From the human T2T-CHM13v2.0 reference genome, Homo sapiens, in NCBI RefSeq assembly GCF_009914755.1, contig NC_060926.1: 64,000 nt of DNA; one strand, given 5' to 3'. Positions 28,090-42,100 of this stretch are shown here, piece by piece; position 1 is the first letter of the stretch; every line of letters begins with the position of its first letter. A program made the translations under genes and the position numbers. The notes under the pieces were generated by a model that saw nothing but the letters and a program-made list of their open reading frames with translations, did no database searches and had not been told where the DNA came from.

Positions 28090-28703
28090 GGTATTCATTT
28101 TCCATTGCTATTTTTTGCAGAAATTACTACAGCTCAAATTACTATAAATTTGGTGGCCTAAAACAACATAAAATGTATTATCTCAAAGTTTGTATGGGTC
28201 AGAATTCTGAGCATGGTTTAGTTAGGTTGTCTGCCCAGGGCCTCACCAGGGTTAAATCAAGGTGTTAGCCAGTTTTTATTCCTTTGAGAAGTTCAGTGTT
28301 TTCTTCCAAGCTCCTGTGGTTGTTGGCAGAATTCAGTATCTTGAGATTATAGAATGGATATTTTCACTTTCTTGCCAGCCGTTAGCCAGGGGCTACTCTT
28401 TGTTCCCACCCGATGTTCCTTGCCACATGGTTCTCTCCACTGTAGAGCGAGTTTTTTAATTTATTAGGAGAGCATGACTTTAATGCTTGACCATCTTTTG
28501 AAAGGGCTCCATAGATAAGGCTGGGCTCTCCCAGGATCATCTCTTTTGCTTGACCAAAGTAAATTGATTAGTAACCTCAACATGGGAATGACAATCCCGT
28601 AGTATTCATGAATCCTTTCCATACTCTAGGGGAGGGGATTATACAGGGAATGTACACCAGAGTGCGGGAACCTTGGGGTGGTCTTAGAATTTTGTCTACA
28701 ACA
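28090..28703 (-). mobile_element. MLT1E-like solo LTR
   Basis: ggtggcctaaaacaaca...aaatcaaggtgttagcc...gttgttggcagaattcag...ggggaggggattatacaggg...cttagaattttgtctacaaca. Confidence 0.82.
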
Positions 28704-28719
28704 TGAATGAAGCCAGAGA

Positions 28720-28940
28720 GAGCAAGGACAGTCTTTCTGGCTTCAAATACAGACTCTACCACATGGAACCTGAAGAGCCTTGGGTGGGGAACTCTCTCTA
28801 GGTCTCCTTTACGCCTTACCAGTAAAATGGAATTGTAATCATACTTAGCTCCGGGGGTTGTGATGGAGATTCAATGGAGGTATACACAAAAGTTCTTCAT
28901 CACTGCCTGACCTAGGGTCAATTCATAATGAATACCAGCT
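28720..28940 (+). mobile_element. MIR fragment
   Basis: gtaaaatggaattgtaatcatacttagctccgggggttgtgatggagattcaatg. Confidence 0.55.
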
Positions 28941-30369
28941 TTTTAAACACGTGGCCTGTGGCTCACCTTTCAAGAACCACCTGCACTCTGTTAGTTGTAT
29001 TGGCTTAAGGGTTCCAGTCAGGAAAGATATTTTCCCTTTTAAGAAATACGAGGTCATGAAGCAGCTCAGAACTTCTTTATTGGGACGATGAACTGCAGGT
29101 GCTGGCGCTCCTAGATGTCCCACACATACACCCAGCAGAGCACTGGGTCCTTTCTCATGGCTTGCCTTGGTGGCATGCCTTACGGAGGCTAATGGCTAAG
29201 CAGAAGATTAAGCCTTAGCCCCAAGCTAAAAAGGGAGCATCATATGTTCACATTGGAGAATAAGAATGAATGAATGAATAAATGAATAAATAAATAAAGG
29301 GAACATCAGGGTTGGCTCAAATTTCCTGATGACATGAAGTTTGAATTGGCATCTGAAAGCAGGTAGAATTTGGATTGTCAAAGTCAGGAAGAAAGTGTTC
29401 TTGATAATTTACGTAAAGCTCCCACCCCAGGGCTCGGCTTATCTCTTGGTTTGCCTAAAGGCATTTCTCTTCTCACATCAGGGGAGCAAGTAACTTGGAG
29501 CGAGTAACTAACGTACATTGTGTCAAGATCTTATCTAATTTTAAAATAATTAAAACCTAATTAATTTACATATTCTTTAAGTCTGCCATTGGCCTCTTAA
29601 CGTATGTGTGCCATTAGCGTAAATTGAGATCATGCATATCAACAATTGTCCACTTTTCTCAAAACTGAAAGCCTATGTCTTTCTTACATTGAAGGCTATG
29701 GTTTATATCAGCAGTGTGGTGGATGAAGGGGAACATGAATTAGGGGTGATATCTAAAGTTCCACAACAGTGGGCATATGTATACTTCCAATATGGAGAAA
29801 GACATTTCAAGTTGTTCCCAACGTCCAGTAAGCCTCATGTACATTTCCATTTTCTATATAACATGCAATAGCTCAACTTTGCAGATACCTTGTTAACTCA
29901 CTTCCTTCCCCACAAATATACTTGGATATGAAAATTTCCAGGTGCTTGCTTTCTTTAGCTATTCTTGCTATTAAAGTTAGTTAAAAAGTTAACTGTAAGT
30001 GCTATACCTTTTTTGAGAAAGCTGCAGCTGTTTGATCCAGTTATAAAAGATCTGTAAGGCAGCCTCAAGGGATATGTGGAGAATTTTCATCAGCTAGGCA
30101 ATTTATAGTTCTGTTTAGTTTTTACTAGATGTCACGTATTCCCAAAAAAGTTACAACAACATCAGCTTCAGTTTATTATTAGCATACACCTGAAAACTCT
30201 TTGGAAACAAAGAGTCTTCAAAAGACTCAGCATGATTTACAGATACAGTGCATGAGCTATTTTCTGAGGAAGTTAGCGTGGAAGCATCAGTGGTTACTAG
30301 TGGGCTGCATGACTACTTGAATGACCAATGGAATCAGACAACTGTTAGTAACAGTTACTGGTTAGAGGA

Positions 30370-30900
30370 GTCGAGGAGGCTTCCTGGAGGAGGCAGCACT
30401 TGGGCTGACTCGTTAAACGATTGGTAGAAGTGAGATAAAATGGAAGGTGGTCGTGGGGAGATAGGTTCCACACAGGAAGACCGGTGAGAAAACAAGGCTG
30501 GGCAGGCAAAAAATAATGTTAGTGGGGGACTTCAAACAATTCAGAGCTGTTGGAGGCTGACCTGTGGGGAAGTGAGAAAGGGAGTGTAAGGGAGGTCAGG
30601 TCAAAGAGGGAATAAGGTCTACATAGGTCACAATGGCTTGTTGGGCAATTTAAAGGAATTTAAATTGGGCAGTTTAAAGGAGTTTGCTGTGGGCAGTGGC
30701 AAACAACTGAAGGGTTTTAGTCAGGGCAGAGTTAAAGATAGAACTGCTTTTCAGGTGGGTTCTTATTAGAGTCTATCTTAAATGCTGTGTGGAGGAAATA
30801 GATTAAGTGGGACAACTCTGAAGGCAGGAGGCCAGTGAGGAGGCTGTTGAAGTAATTCAGGCTAGCAATGAGGAAGTCATAAGCAGGTCTAGCGTGGGAG
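30370..30900 (-). mobile_element. L2 LINE fragment
   Basis: gaggcttcctggaggagg...gaagggttttagtcaggg...ggaggccagtgaggaggctgttgaagtaattcagg. Confidence 0.7.
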
Positions 30901-30959
30901 GGATGGACAAGAGTTAAAGCACAGCTTCTGTACTTGTTTTCCCTTCATGGGAAGGAATA

Positions 30960-31400
30960 GAGCATGCCACTTATAAAATGACTATAGAAGCCAGACTGCC
31001 CCAGTGTGACTCTTTAAGAACTGCCTATGTGACCTTTGCAAACTTCCTTCTCTGTAAGATAGGGGTGAGAATACTAGTATTGCAAAGATCACACCTATTA
31101 ATACACGGAAAAGCACTAAAGAGTATTTGGCACATCTTAGGTGTTCAGTATACGTTAGTGATTATTGTGATGAAAGAGTTTAGCCCTGAAACTTGCATTT
31201 CTCAGACAAACTCCAAGAGTTGGAATCCTGAATCAGATACTTGTTAGGGTACCATGGCAATTTAACCATTTCGTTCCCTAGTCTCCTCATCTGTAAATGT
31301 AGATAACAATAGTATGTACCTCATAGGGTTGCAGTACGAATTAAATGTGGAAATACATGTAAAGTACTTAGCAAGCGACGGATGTATCTTAACAGCCAAT
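30960..31400 (+). mobile_element. Two adjacent MIR fragments
   Basis: atgtgacctttgcaaa..tctgtaagatagggg; tctcctcatctgtaaatg..gtacctcatagggttgc..attaaatg. Confidence 0.7.
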
Positions 31401-32317
31401 GACTCTTTACCACTACCACCACCATCATCACCTAGGCAACTTTTATTTATCCCTTTTACTTTTTTTGAGAGTAGTATATGGTGGCTACTAGTTATATGAA
31501 AAGTGAAATGCTCCCCACATAGTTTGGTTTTCTTACCTATATTTGAGTTCTCATAATGTAAAACTACTCTGCCTGCTAAATTAACCTCGATGTTTCAAGA
31601 GAAAAATCTATGACACATTTACTAATCTTTTAATTTTATATTTGTGTAATACCTTTAACCTATGACTATGAAGTGAAGGTAAAAGTGCTAATTTTTTCTT
31701 TATTGTGGCTGAAATTTTATTATGAAATATCTCTTGGCTTTGGTATTCACATAATCTATTTTGTAGGAAATGTCATTATTGTCCCCCAGTTGGCTTGCTC
31801 ACTGTCAGGAACTAAGGAATAAGACTCGAATTTGGCACTTAGACTGGGTCTCTAAATTGCAATAGAAAATGCTCAATGTATAATATTACCATGCTCAATC
31901 TATTATGCAGGCATTACTAAGCATCCACTGAGTGCTTCCATCTTTGGGCTAAGGGTTATGAAGATGGAAACAAATTTGAGTCAAATAGATGGCTGTCAAG
32001 GTAGGGAGACTCAACTGGCATTGATGGGTGATTAATGAGCACTGAGTCCTGTGTAGGGACGTTAAGCACTGTGATTGCTCAGATTTGGCAAGACAGGCAC
32101 TTCACTGCATCCTGGAGAGGCCCAGACCTGGGATCAGTCCTAGCAATGAAGCCTTTGCCACTTTAGAAAAGACATTTCCTATTGGATGGCCTCAGTTTTG
32201 CTTTCATTAAATTGGGTTGGCACTAGATGATATCTAAGTTAACTCCCAACTTTTACACTTGCTGGTTAAATGTGAGACGGGTACTTTCCAGAAGCTTTCT
32301 AAAGAATAAACAAGTGG

Positions 32318-32622
32318 GGCTGGACACAGTGGCTCATGCCCGTAATTCTAGCACTTTGGGAGGCTGAGGAAAGGAATGGAACAATCACTTGAGGCCAGGA
32401 GTTCAACACCAGCCTGGGTAATATGGTGAAACCCTCTCTCTACTAAAAATAATAATAATTTTAAAAAATTAGCCAGGCGTGGTGACACACACCTGTAATC
32501 CCAGCTACTCAAGAGGCTGAGGCACAAGAATAGCTTGAACCCAGGAGGTAGAGGTTTCAGTTAGCCCAGATCTCACATTGTACTCCAGCCTGGACAACAG
32601 AGCCAGACTGTCTCAAAAAATA
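32318..32622 (+). mobile_element. Old Alu (AluJb/Sz-like)
   Basis: Full dimer, tcacttgaggccaggagttc; TSD core aaacaagtg on both sides. Confidence 0.94.
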
Positions 32623-33269
32623 TGACAAACAAGTGTATCTTAAAGTTATTGTTGTTCTTGTTGTTTTTTAAGGAATCCGTAGCTTTACCCTACAACATAT
32701 GGACTCTCTCTAGTCTATATTTTATCTCTGGATCAACTCTTATCAGACCATGTGTGCTAGGTCCTTTATGGAATAAATTTCCTTGAACTGTGCTATGGGA
32801 TTTATGCAAAAAAAAAAAAAAACAAATTTGAGATTGTGTTGATTGTGTTTATGTAGTGAAGGAAACCACTGACCTCCTCATACAGAGTTCCCTCCATGAA
32901 GCCATGTTCCCTGAGGAATTCCCTGAGGAATATGCTTCTTTCCTACTATTTCTGGCAGGTGTGCATCTGACATGGTCTCCCCTCGACTTTGCAGGCTAGG
33001 AATCTTGGCCCAGACTAGTGATTCAATATGTACATGGGTGACACATCCTCATTTTATTCTTCTTCTTTTTCGTTTATTTGATCTTCATTTTTATCTTTGT
33101 TATTTTTTCCATATCATTGCATGGATGCATCTGATCTACCTCTAATTATCTGTGGATCAAACCAAGCAGCAATGTGTGGTAAACAGAAGGTTTAGGTGCC
33201 AAAAGCAGAGTCTGTGCTCAGGAGGCTGTTAACTCTTCTGTGATAAAAATAACCCCTCACGTGGGTATA

Positions 33270-33400
33270 ACACATTTCAATTTACAAAGTACTCTTTGAA
33301 TTTTTATTACTACCTTGTGAAGTGTGTGGTGAAGTTCTTTATTTTCTTCATTCTACAGATGCAGAAACTTGAGGCTCAGGGAAGGCAAGTGATTTGCTGC
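33270..33400 (-). mobile_element. MIR fragment
   Basis: cattctacagatgcagaaacttgaggctcagggaaggcaagtgatttgc. Confidence 0.65.
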
Positions 33401-35980
33401 ATGTTGCTTGGTTTTGAAAGGTGCAGCGGTCTGGGTTTAACAGGAACATTTACCAGCCAAGGTTCAGCAAGAGGAGCTTTTCAGTCCCCTAATCCCTCAT
33501 TATCCCTAAGAGAGGTACACTGAGGCCAGGACAATGCTGATACACCATGAAGTAATACTCTACGGACAAGAAATTGTCCTGCTGATGCTCTTATGGTATA
33601 AGTGTGAAAATGGCCTTCTGTAGGGTTATCTAACATATTGAGCTCAGAAAAAAGGCAGACTGAACTTGGATGTCTTCTGTCTAAGAGTGTGCTAGGAAAT
33701 GCCAGCTGTTTGGCACCTGAAAACCTTGGGGTCCGTGGGTACTTGGGAAGCCAAGTTCAGCACAGTACTACCAATGAGAGAAGGAGGAACCCAGGGCCCT
33801 TCTATCACCCAGGGAAGATGTGGTCCCCCTCTGCTGAGATAATGGTTGTCATCAGTCCTAGCTAGCTTATTGGCAGGTAACCTACAGTACATGCTGAACC
33901 AAATTGGACAGTCCTTGTCTCCACACATTAGTTATAAGGTAATAGAGCTTGGACTGGAACGCAGGGCTCCTGTCCTCAGATCCATTCTTCACTCCACTGT
34001 CGCATTACATTGGTTAAAGGGCCATAGATATTCAGGCTTGAGAAGCAGTATTCCCCCTGGAGAAATTCTCAGGACAGAAATAACAGCTTCCTCTGTTCTA
34101 CTCTCATTGTACCTAATCCTTTATTATGTTTGTTGACCTGCATATACTTCTGCCCCTCTATAGGGCAATGCCTATGTTCTATTAATTTTAGTAGCCTGCA
34201 GCAGTTAGTATAGTTTATGGCATACAACAGATATTTAATAAAACAACATTTAGCTTATGAATTCAGTATCTCCCTGTTAACTTTCAAAAATGAGTTCCTT
34301 GGTACACTTAAACTTTTTTAGTCTGCCTAGTCGCTCATTGATTTTTATCACCAAACCAACCCCACAAAACACCATACAGAGTTCATTATGTTGATGATTA
34401 CTACCTGTAGAGATGTCCTTCTGATTATCTCATGAAGCTACTTCCTTCTCTATGTGCCCTCTTGCTTCAGACCTCATCATCTTTCATTTGAAATATACTG
34501 TTACGTGAAGTCTCCTTATTGATTATCTGACACCCGTCTTAACTGAGACCATCTTGCACCTTGTATTCCACCCTTGCTGACCTGCCTGTCAGATTCTAAA
34601 TACATCTGATGAAGTCTTCCCATTCATTCTTCAAGACCCAGCTCAACAATCACCATAGCTTCACCTTGATATATCATACATGCCAATGGTTTCCTGGGTC
34701 ATCTCTCAAGAGAATGTATTGGCTTTAGTTTTTGCTTTTGAATATATGCTGAAAAAATTGGTCATATTCTCTGCAATTTATTGATGATCATTTGTTATAG
34801 TGGCATTTGCCATTGAAAGTAAATCAATTTTCAGGCAAGAAACCTGAAAAGGTATAACTTTTAGGTTTCAGGGAAAGAATATAGGATCCTTGTGACGTGA
34901 GAGTTATAAAATAAAACAGTAGAATCTATAATCCTGGAATAGACTGACTTCTGCTAAATGGTCACGTGTGTCCTCTACCCCTTGTTCCACATTCATTCTC
35001 TGTATCCATAGCAGAAGATTCTTGTTTATATGTTTTTATCACGTTCACTCACAGTAATGACTCTGCTCTTTGTTATTTATCTTTGTTAGCAAAGAGACAC
35101 CTGTATTGCCCTTCCCAGGGTACTTGCACTTTAATATCATCTCTCAGGGAAGGGAAGGCTTTGGAGGCAACTTACAAAACAATTGCAAAGAATTGTGAGC
35201 AACTTTAGAGAGCCAAAGTTTTTGCTTTGGGTATCCAGTCATTCTCTGGGAAGTAGACTAATAAATTCCTGCTATATTCATCCCTACCTTTTTATGCCTG
35301 CTGAACTATATGTGAATCCTCAGTATGCATCTACTTGGGTCAACCTAAGGCAAAATTGTAAAAAATTCAAAAGCATAATGAGAGTTTTAGAGATGGAAAG
35401 ATATTAGAGATATTTTTCCAGGATAATTTTTACCTTGTCTATCAACATCAGTGTTACGGTTTGAAGCCTTTATCCAAAACAACTGTGAGGCTACCTCTAG
35501 GTACTGTGAGCAAGACATTGGGATTGTTAGCATTGTCTGTCATGGTTATAGGTGAGTTCAAACATGCTTGTTGTATCTTATACAACTTCTATCCCAGTGT
35601 AGGGAGTGCCTCTTAAAACAGATGGTACTCTTACTGCTTTCTTAACACATTGGTGGGCCAAGACTATTTTATTACATGAGGTGGTGGCATTGTATATTGA
35701 CAAAATATATATCATTGTCAAAATCCTTGAATCTCAAAATAGGGACATACTAAAAATATCTGAGTGAAAATTAAAAGGAGATTCGAAGTCACTTATTTTC
35801 TATAGTTTACATAATCTGGTAGAGAATAGAGTACTGTAATACTACTAAAAATTACAGAATTGTGTCCAAGGTCAAATTTAATAGTGATAGGATATTTCTG
35901 CTTTTCCATATACCAACTACATATCTGTATCTTTTAGAAGTAGAGCATCTCCTATAGTCTAGAATGATTTTACAAAATCA

Positions 35981-36352
<372 letters not shown>

Positions 36353-36864
36353 TCATCTGTTAGATAATGTAGATGTTTTAAAAATATACAAATAAATAGT
36401 CTTGGAAAAATATGCCCATAACTTCTTGAAGTTCATAATAGCAAAGAAAAGGAATATAGGGCATGGAACCTTATGTGCTGGGTAGTTCACAAAAGCAGAT
36501 ATAAAAATAAAACTTCAAAGGAAAATGGTAATAATTCCATGGCTGAGACTCTGGCTGTGTAGGTTTAAAAGATAAACGTTCAGACTATGTTGCTGCAAAT
36601 AGTTTGAATGAGAGAAAATGGGATGGGCCTTCTCTGATGAGCTTCTGGGCCGTGTATAGAAGATGAAAGAAGAGGCTCATGGTTACCAAGACTCAGGTTA
36701 ACGTTTAAAATTGTCTTTAATTCTGGATAGCATTTTAGAGTGACCTGGTTTATTATATATACATTTTCTATTTTGGAAAATATATATGGCTATAAATATT
36801 TTTAAATTCTTTTTTTTGTTTGTTTGTTTTCCCTCCAAGAATCACTACATTTGTTCACCTATGT

Positions 36865-37080
36865 CAGTGTTTTTTAGTATTTTTTTCATCACTGTCCCCT
36901 TAAGGAGTCTTTTTAAAACATTCTTTCCCCGTAATCACCTCTTATATATAATGTTAATACCACAGATATACTGCATATCTATTTATGCACTATGGCCTTT
37001 TGGAGGGCCGTTGTAATCTTTAAGCTTTTTTGGCATCCACCAAGAATCAATTTTTGTCCCTTTGAAAATGAAATATCTAT
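36865..37080 (+). mobile_element. hAT-Charlie-like DNA transposon relic (family uncertain)
   Basis: cagtgtttt...tttttcatcactgtccccttaaggagtcttttt...ataccacagatatactg resembles Charlie-derived MER elements. Confidence 0.4.
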
Positions 37081-37684
37081 GCTACAACTGATTTCCTCTA
37101 TGCAGAATATATAGATTTGAGCTATTTTGGGGCATCTTCTCTTTCCCTTAACATTTTGTGTTGTAGCTCCCTTGCTTACACAAGAGAGTATACCCACAAG
37201 TGCTCCTCTCTTGGTGTGCTAAAGACACATCCTTTGCTTTGCAAGATCCTGTGGTCCTGATACCAGAAACTAGGTTCTACATGGTCCACACCAGAGGGGG
37301 GTCCTACACATTAATTCATATGCATAACTATTAAGATCCCATTAGCTCCTCTTTCAGGAACATAAATGTAAAGAACAGAGAAAAAACAATACCACCTGGC
37401 TTCTTCCCTTCCTTCAGTTTTTTCCTCCAGGCCAAAGTCTAAAGATACAGCCCCAGTTTCTTTCTTTATTTTTCAAGAAATAACAGTTGTTTAGCTGGGC
37501 TTTAGCAAATGTGTGTGAGCACTTTCTTGACAGATTCTCTGTACCACCTCAGGTGTATACTACAAGAAGACAAACACTCTTATTGGATACCATATCAGTT
37601 TTAGGTACGGTTTTCTTCACTTTCCTCAAGAGAGAATCTGTGGCCACTATATAGCTTTGTATTTCTTTTATTGAATGTGTGGTT

Positions 37685-37962
37685 GCATATCAGTCAGGAT
37701 AAATTAGGTTATGCTGCAGTAACAAAACACCTTCCAAAATCTTGATGCCATCATCTCCATCTTTCTTGTCACATGATAGATGGAACGCATAGTCTGGAGG
37801 GTCTCAATTTTAGCAAAGGAGTAACACGCATAATTTATCTTCCCAAATTGTTAGGCAGAACTAGTCTCATAATCCCATCCAACTGCAAGAGAGGAGAAAA
37901 TGCAACTCTACTTGCTGTGAAAGAAGAGGAGAGTTAGATCTTAGCAGAACTAGTGATACCAT
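37685..37962 (-). mobile_element. MLT1J/K-like LTR relic
   Basis: tcagtcaggata..ttaggttatgctgcagtaacaaa...ggcagaactagtc...aactgcaagagagg. Confidence 0.65.
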
Positions 37963-38261
37963 AGGATAGTACCAGGGTTTTCTCTATTTTCTGGATTCTT
38001 CCCTCTGCATAATAGATGGATATTTCTTCTTCAGTATCTATAATTTCTTTATAACTTTTCTACCATACAAAGTCTTTTCCTTTCTTCTCCTGAATCACAT
38101 TCTTTTTCTCAGCAATCATTTACCATTTGATTTGAACGTCTCTCTTTCTCATAATCTTTATTTTTATTTATTTTGTTGATTTAGATTGATTTCCTAACTA
38201 GATTTTATATATCTGTCCTGTTTAGGCACTCACTGTGTTAGGTAACCTGGTTTATTGAGGG

Positions 38262-39147
38262 TGATGCAGGAGTTTTTCTCAACCCCTTTGTTGGACTTGC
38301 GATGGGGGTGCTCTGATTACTTGGCCAGCCGTGCTCAACCTCTTGAAGGAGGGAGTGCATGAGTGAGCAAGTACAGGATCCAGCTGTCCAGTTTGGGTGC
38401 CAGAAGGAGCAAGCTCTGTGCAGGCCCCCTGGCAGCACCCAGGTTGGGTGCCTGCGACCTCTGAAGTCCCAGAGGGCATGTTACAATGCTCTCTTAGCTC
38501 CTCTGTTCGTGGACAGTGGGGTGTTATCATCTCAGTGGGCCCCTTGCCTTGTCCTGTGTGGTGGCCGCCTTCTACCAATGAGTGCAAACGGCCAGTGTGA
38601 CAGCCTTTTCTGGGTACCCACACTCGGTAAGTCCCAAGCTCTTGTCTGGTGTCCAAGAAGAATGAGGTCACATGGACCCTTGAAGGATGTTAGATGTGGG
38701 GAATTTTATTTAGTGATGGAAAAGGCTCTCAGAAGAGAGGGGAGTGGGAGAGGTGACCAGGCAGGCAGGTAAACTTCCTTGAAGTCAGGCCGTCTCTGGC
38801 CAGCTCTTCTCCAAAGTTAAGCCATCTCTCCTCCAAAGTCCAGCCGTCCCTCTGAAGTCAAGTCACCTCTCTCCAGTCAAGCCGCTTCTGTCTCCCTGCT
38901 GACTGAGTCTGGGATCTTTATAGGCACAGGATGGGGGGTGGGACAAGCTGTAGGTAGTTTTGGAAAAGGCAACATTTGATTGATAAAAAGACATTATTCA
39001 AAAAGAACCAATCAGGAGAGAGAGGGCACACAGGGATAGAAGTTCTCACTTTGGGCCGCAGGTTTTAGGCTTTTTGGCTTGAAGGTGCGGTTTCATCAGG
39101 GACCTACCCCTGTCTGTCTAGAATTTCTCTGCCTTCTTCCTCTATGA
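38262..39147 (-). mobile_element. ERV1 solo LTR (LTR1/LTR27/LTR28/MER52 group), ~890 bp
   Basis: GC-rich block starting tgatgcagg; ctcttgtctggtgtccaagaagaatgaggtcac, tttatt (AATAAA on -), tttataggcacaggatgggg (TATA on -); ends ggcttgaaggtg..tttc..agggacc..ctgtcta..tctctgcct..tctatga. Confidence 0.82.
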
Positions 39148-42100
39148 AGAGGAGTGTGTCAAGTCCTTTGATTTCTCCTTTTGCAGGGAGATTTGCAGCA
39201 CACATTCTTAGGGTGACTAAAAGCCTTCAAACATAAGAAATGGATCTTATGGTACCAACAATTTCTAGGTGAATTGCCCATCTTTTTTTTTTTTTCCCCC
39301 CTTGGAAACTGCTCATTTTCAGGACCATTCTCATGAGTTTCAAATAGGATTTTTTTCTTGGAATTGAATTCTGTCAACTGACCCACCATCACCAAGAGAA
39401 TGCCCAGCTCTGTTCTTCTTTGATGGAAATTTCTCTTTCTGTGTCTCAGGGCTTCCCATATGAAAAAAAGATAAGATGATAAATTAATTGCTAATGGGAG
39501 AGAACAGAAGAAGGATTTTCACAATCTTCTCTTTTATTCCCTTGGATAGCTCAGAATGACATAATAGTATTTCTGACTCAGAAGCTAAAGCTGAGACTCA
39601 AGAAGGAGTACCTGGGTCTTAGATAACTTTTTGAGACCTCAAAGATATTATTGCCTCTTTATTTTGCTAGAAATTGATTATTTCAGTTGCCAGAGGCTGA
39701 CATTGGGATCTTATTCTCTTGAGCTGCATTAGAATGAGAAGGCATTCATCCCTCTCTAATGCTTAAAAGAAACTTTTGTTACATATTCTTTAAATTTGAA
39801 ATGTGTTTTTTATTATTCACCACATGAGCTCAGATTTGTAAAGAAACATAGAAACTGAAGACCTAATTTACTTCTTGCTCTGCTTTGTGGAAAATAAAGC
39901 AGAAGGGGATGATGGCCAAGGTCTGGTGGCTTCAGCCGAAATCAATTGAGGCTTCAGATTCCATATGAATGGCAAAAGCCTCAGTATCACTGAATTGCAT
40001 GTCTGTTTCATCCTTACAGATGGGACAAAAACTTGCCCAAATCCAGATCAAAGGAACCAGTTTTGATGGTTTTTGCTAAGGTCTGGGTGTGTTTTTCCTT
40101 ATCCACCTCTCTTTCACACTATTCTGTCTCTTCTCTCTCTCTTTCTCTACTCCTTTCAGGTCAAGTGTATAGATGACCTCCTTCTCATTACGGACAACAG
40201 TGGGATTCATTATGCAGAACATATCTCCCTGAGGCAGAGTGTGTGAAGCCACCCAAGCTTAACATCTCTGGGGCAGGAAGGGGATGTGCTCAGGAAAGCC
40301 TTTGTGTCCAGACTGAGCTGATTGGCTAATATGCATCTTGCCTTTGGCCACCTCATGCCATGAATATCTAAGCAACATTGGGTTTTTTTCTCAGGGCAGA
40401 AGCAGAGAGATGGAAGATAACAGAATGGTGTTTGTTACCCATATGTAGGATGCTATTTACATAAAAGCCGCAGAAGCTATGTGATTTCCATGCGGTCCTT
40501 ACCGTTTTGCCTCAGCTGGGTACCTGTGCAGGCCAGGGTGACTGGCTGCAAATGAGCTTCCTACTTGTCTCACCCTACACAGCTCTGCCTCTCCCCATTA
40601 ATGCTCCCCATCTGGTCCTCAAAGCACCTCAAATAGGTCCAAGATTAACTCTGGCTGAGGGGAGGAGGTCATTTTTCAAACATGGTTAAGCACGTGGCAG
40701 GGGCTGAGAATATCAACTTTTCTTTCTCAGGAACATGTGAACTTTTTTAGTGTTAAGCAACACCTGAAAACTATTCATCTTAATGCAGAGTTAGTTTATA
40801 CCCTGAGAAAACAGGATTAACCATTCACAGTCCTGATCATCTATGTTTAGTTCTCTCTGTAGTCTTTGGAAGTTACCTGCCAAGGACAGAATTTGGTCTC
40901 AAGTGAGCAAGAAATACAGACAAATTAAGTGCCAGATTCCACTTTTCTAACAACGGTAAATTAATAGTCCTTACCTAATGGTGTTCTTTTTACTTGAGTT
41001 AAGGCATAACTGAAGTTTTCTCTTCCATGTGAAATCAGAAGAGATTTTTATTTCTTTGCTTCATTCCTCTCATGAGGGGTAAGTTAAGTTTTGTTTTTGG
41101 TAGAAACTTCTAAGTTCCAATTGCTTTCTCTCACCCCACCCCTCCCCAGAAAACAATCCTCCTGTTTGTCTGAAATGAAGAAGGAAGGCAACTTGGTGCT
41201 GCACAGAAAGGTAAAAAGAGATGGATGGGAACATTTGTTTCTGACCTTCAGCGAAAGAATTCAGTTAGGCACTATAAATTTGTTTTCTGCAAATGGGAGA
41301 GCATAAGTGTGCTCCATCAGGGTGGAGGAAAGCATTTGCACCCAAAACATGGAACACAAAATAAATCGATCAAATTAATTTTTGGCTGTCAGCCCTGGAG
41401 GCTCATTTCCCATCAGCAGTATCAGGAGGAAAAGGAGCAGTTAACTTGTAATGATTGGGGAAGGTGGGGACCACGGATGGATTTGCTCAGGGGCACTGCA
41501 AAGGGTGCCTTGCTTTCACTCTTCCCACCAAGAATTTGCCTTGTCTGTAATCACAGTGGTCTGCTGCTGCCATGGAGGAAGTATGTAAGTTGCCCTGGGG
41601 CCCAGCTGTGCACTGTTCTGCTGGCCCCAGTCCTTGACCTTATCTGTAGGAGTTACTCCTTTGAGTTAAAGGATGACAGGACCACTTACAGGCGTCTATT
41701 AATCTTGTGTAACTGTATACCTTTTGCCAGGCAAGGAACATTCCTAGGGGATGGGTGATGTCAAGGAAGTGTTCATTGAGGAACTTGTAGAGAGAATGTC
41801 TAGAGCCGAGAGTAATATTGGGGAATCCTGCCACAAAATGGTGCTCAGGACAAGTTTTGGGCCACATAACCCCAAATCGTTTTAATAACATTGGAGGCTT
41901 TTTGCATTGCATCAACACTGAGTCATTTTCTGGACAATATTTATTTTACTGTTTGTTGCCTAAACTTGGTCTGCATGACTACTTTACTGATCCAGGAAAC
42001 TCATTTTATGATCAGAGTGTATTGAAAACATTGGCTTGTCAGTATGGATCACACTAACCAGATACTTGCCAGAATTCACATCCCTAAAGTATGCTATTTC

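Noticed and set aside
30641-30685. 21-bp imperfect repeat with period 24
   Set aside because: It is an ordinary small slippage duplication within an L2 relic.
38238-38772. Four overlapping ORFs up to 137 aa
   Set aside because: They lie in a GC-rich LTR where stop codons are scarce, and show no gag/pol/env motifs.
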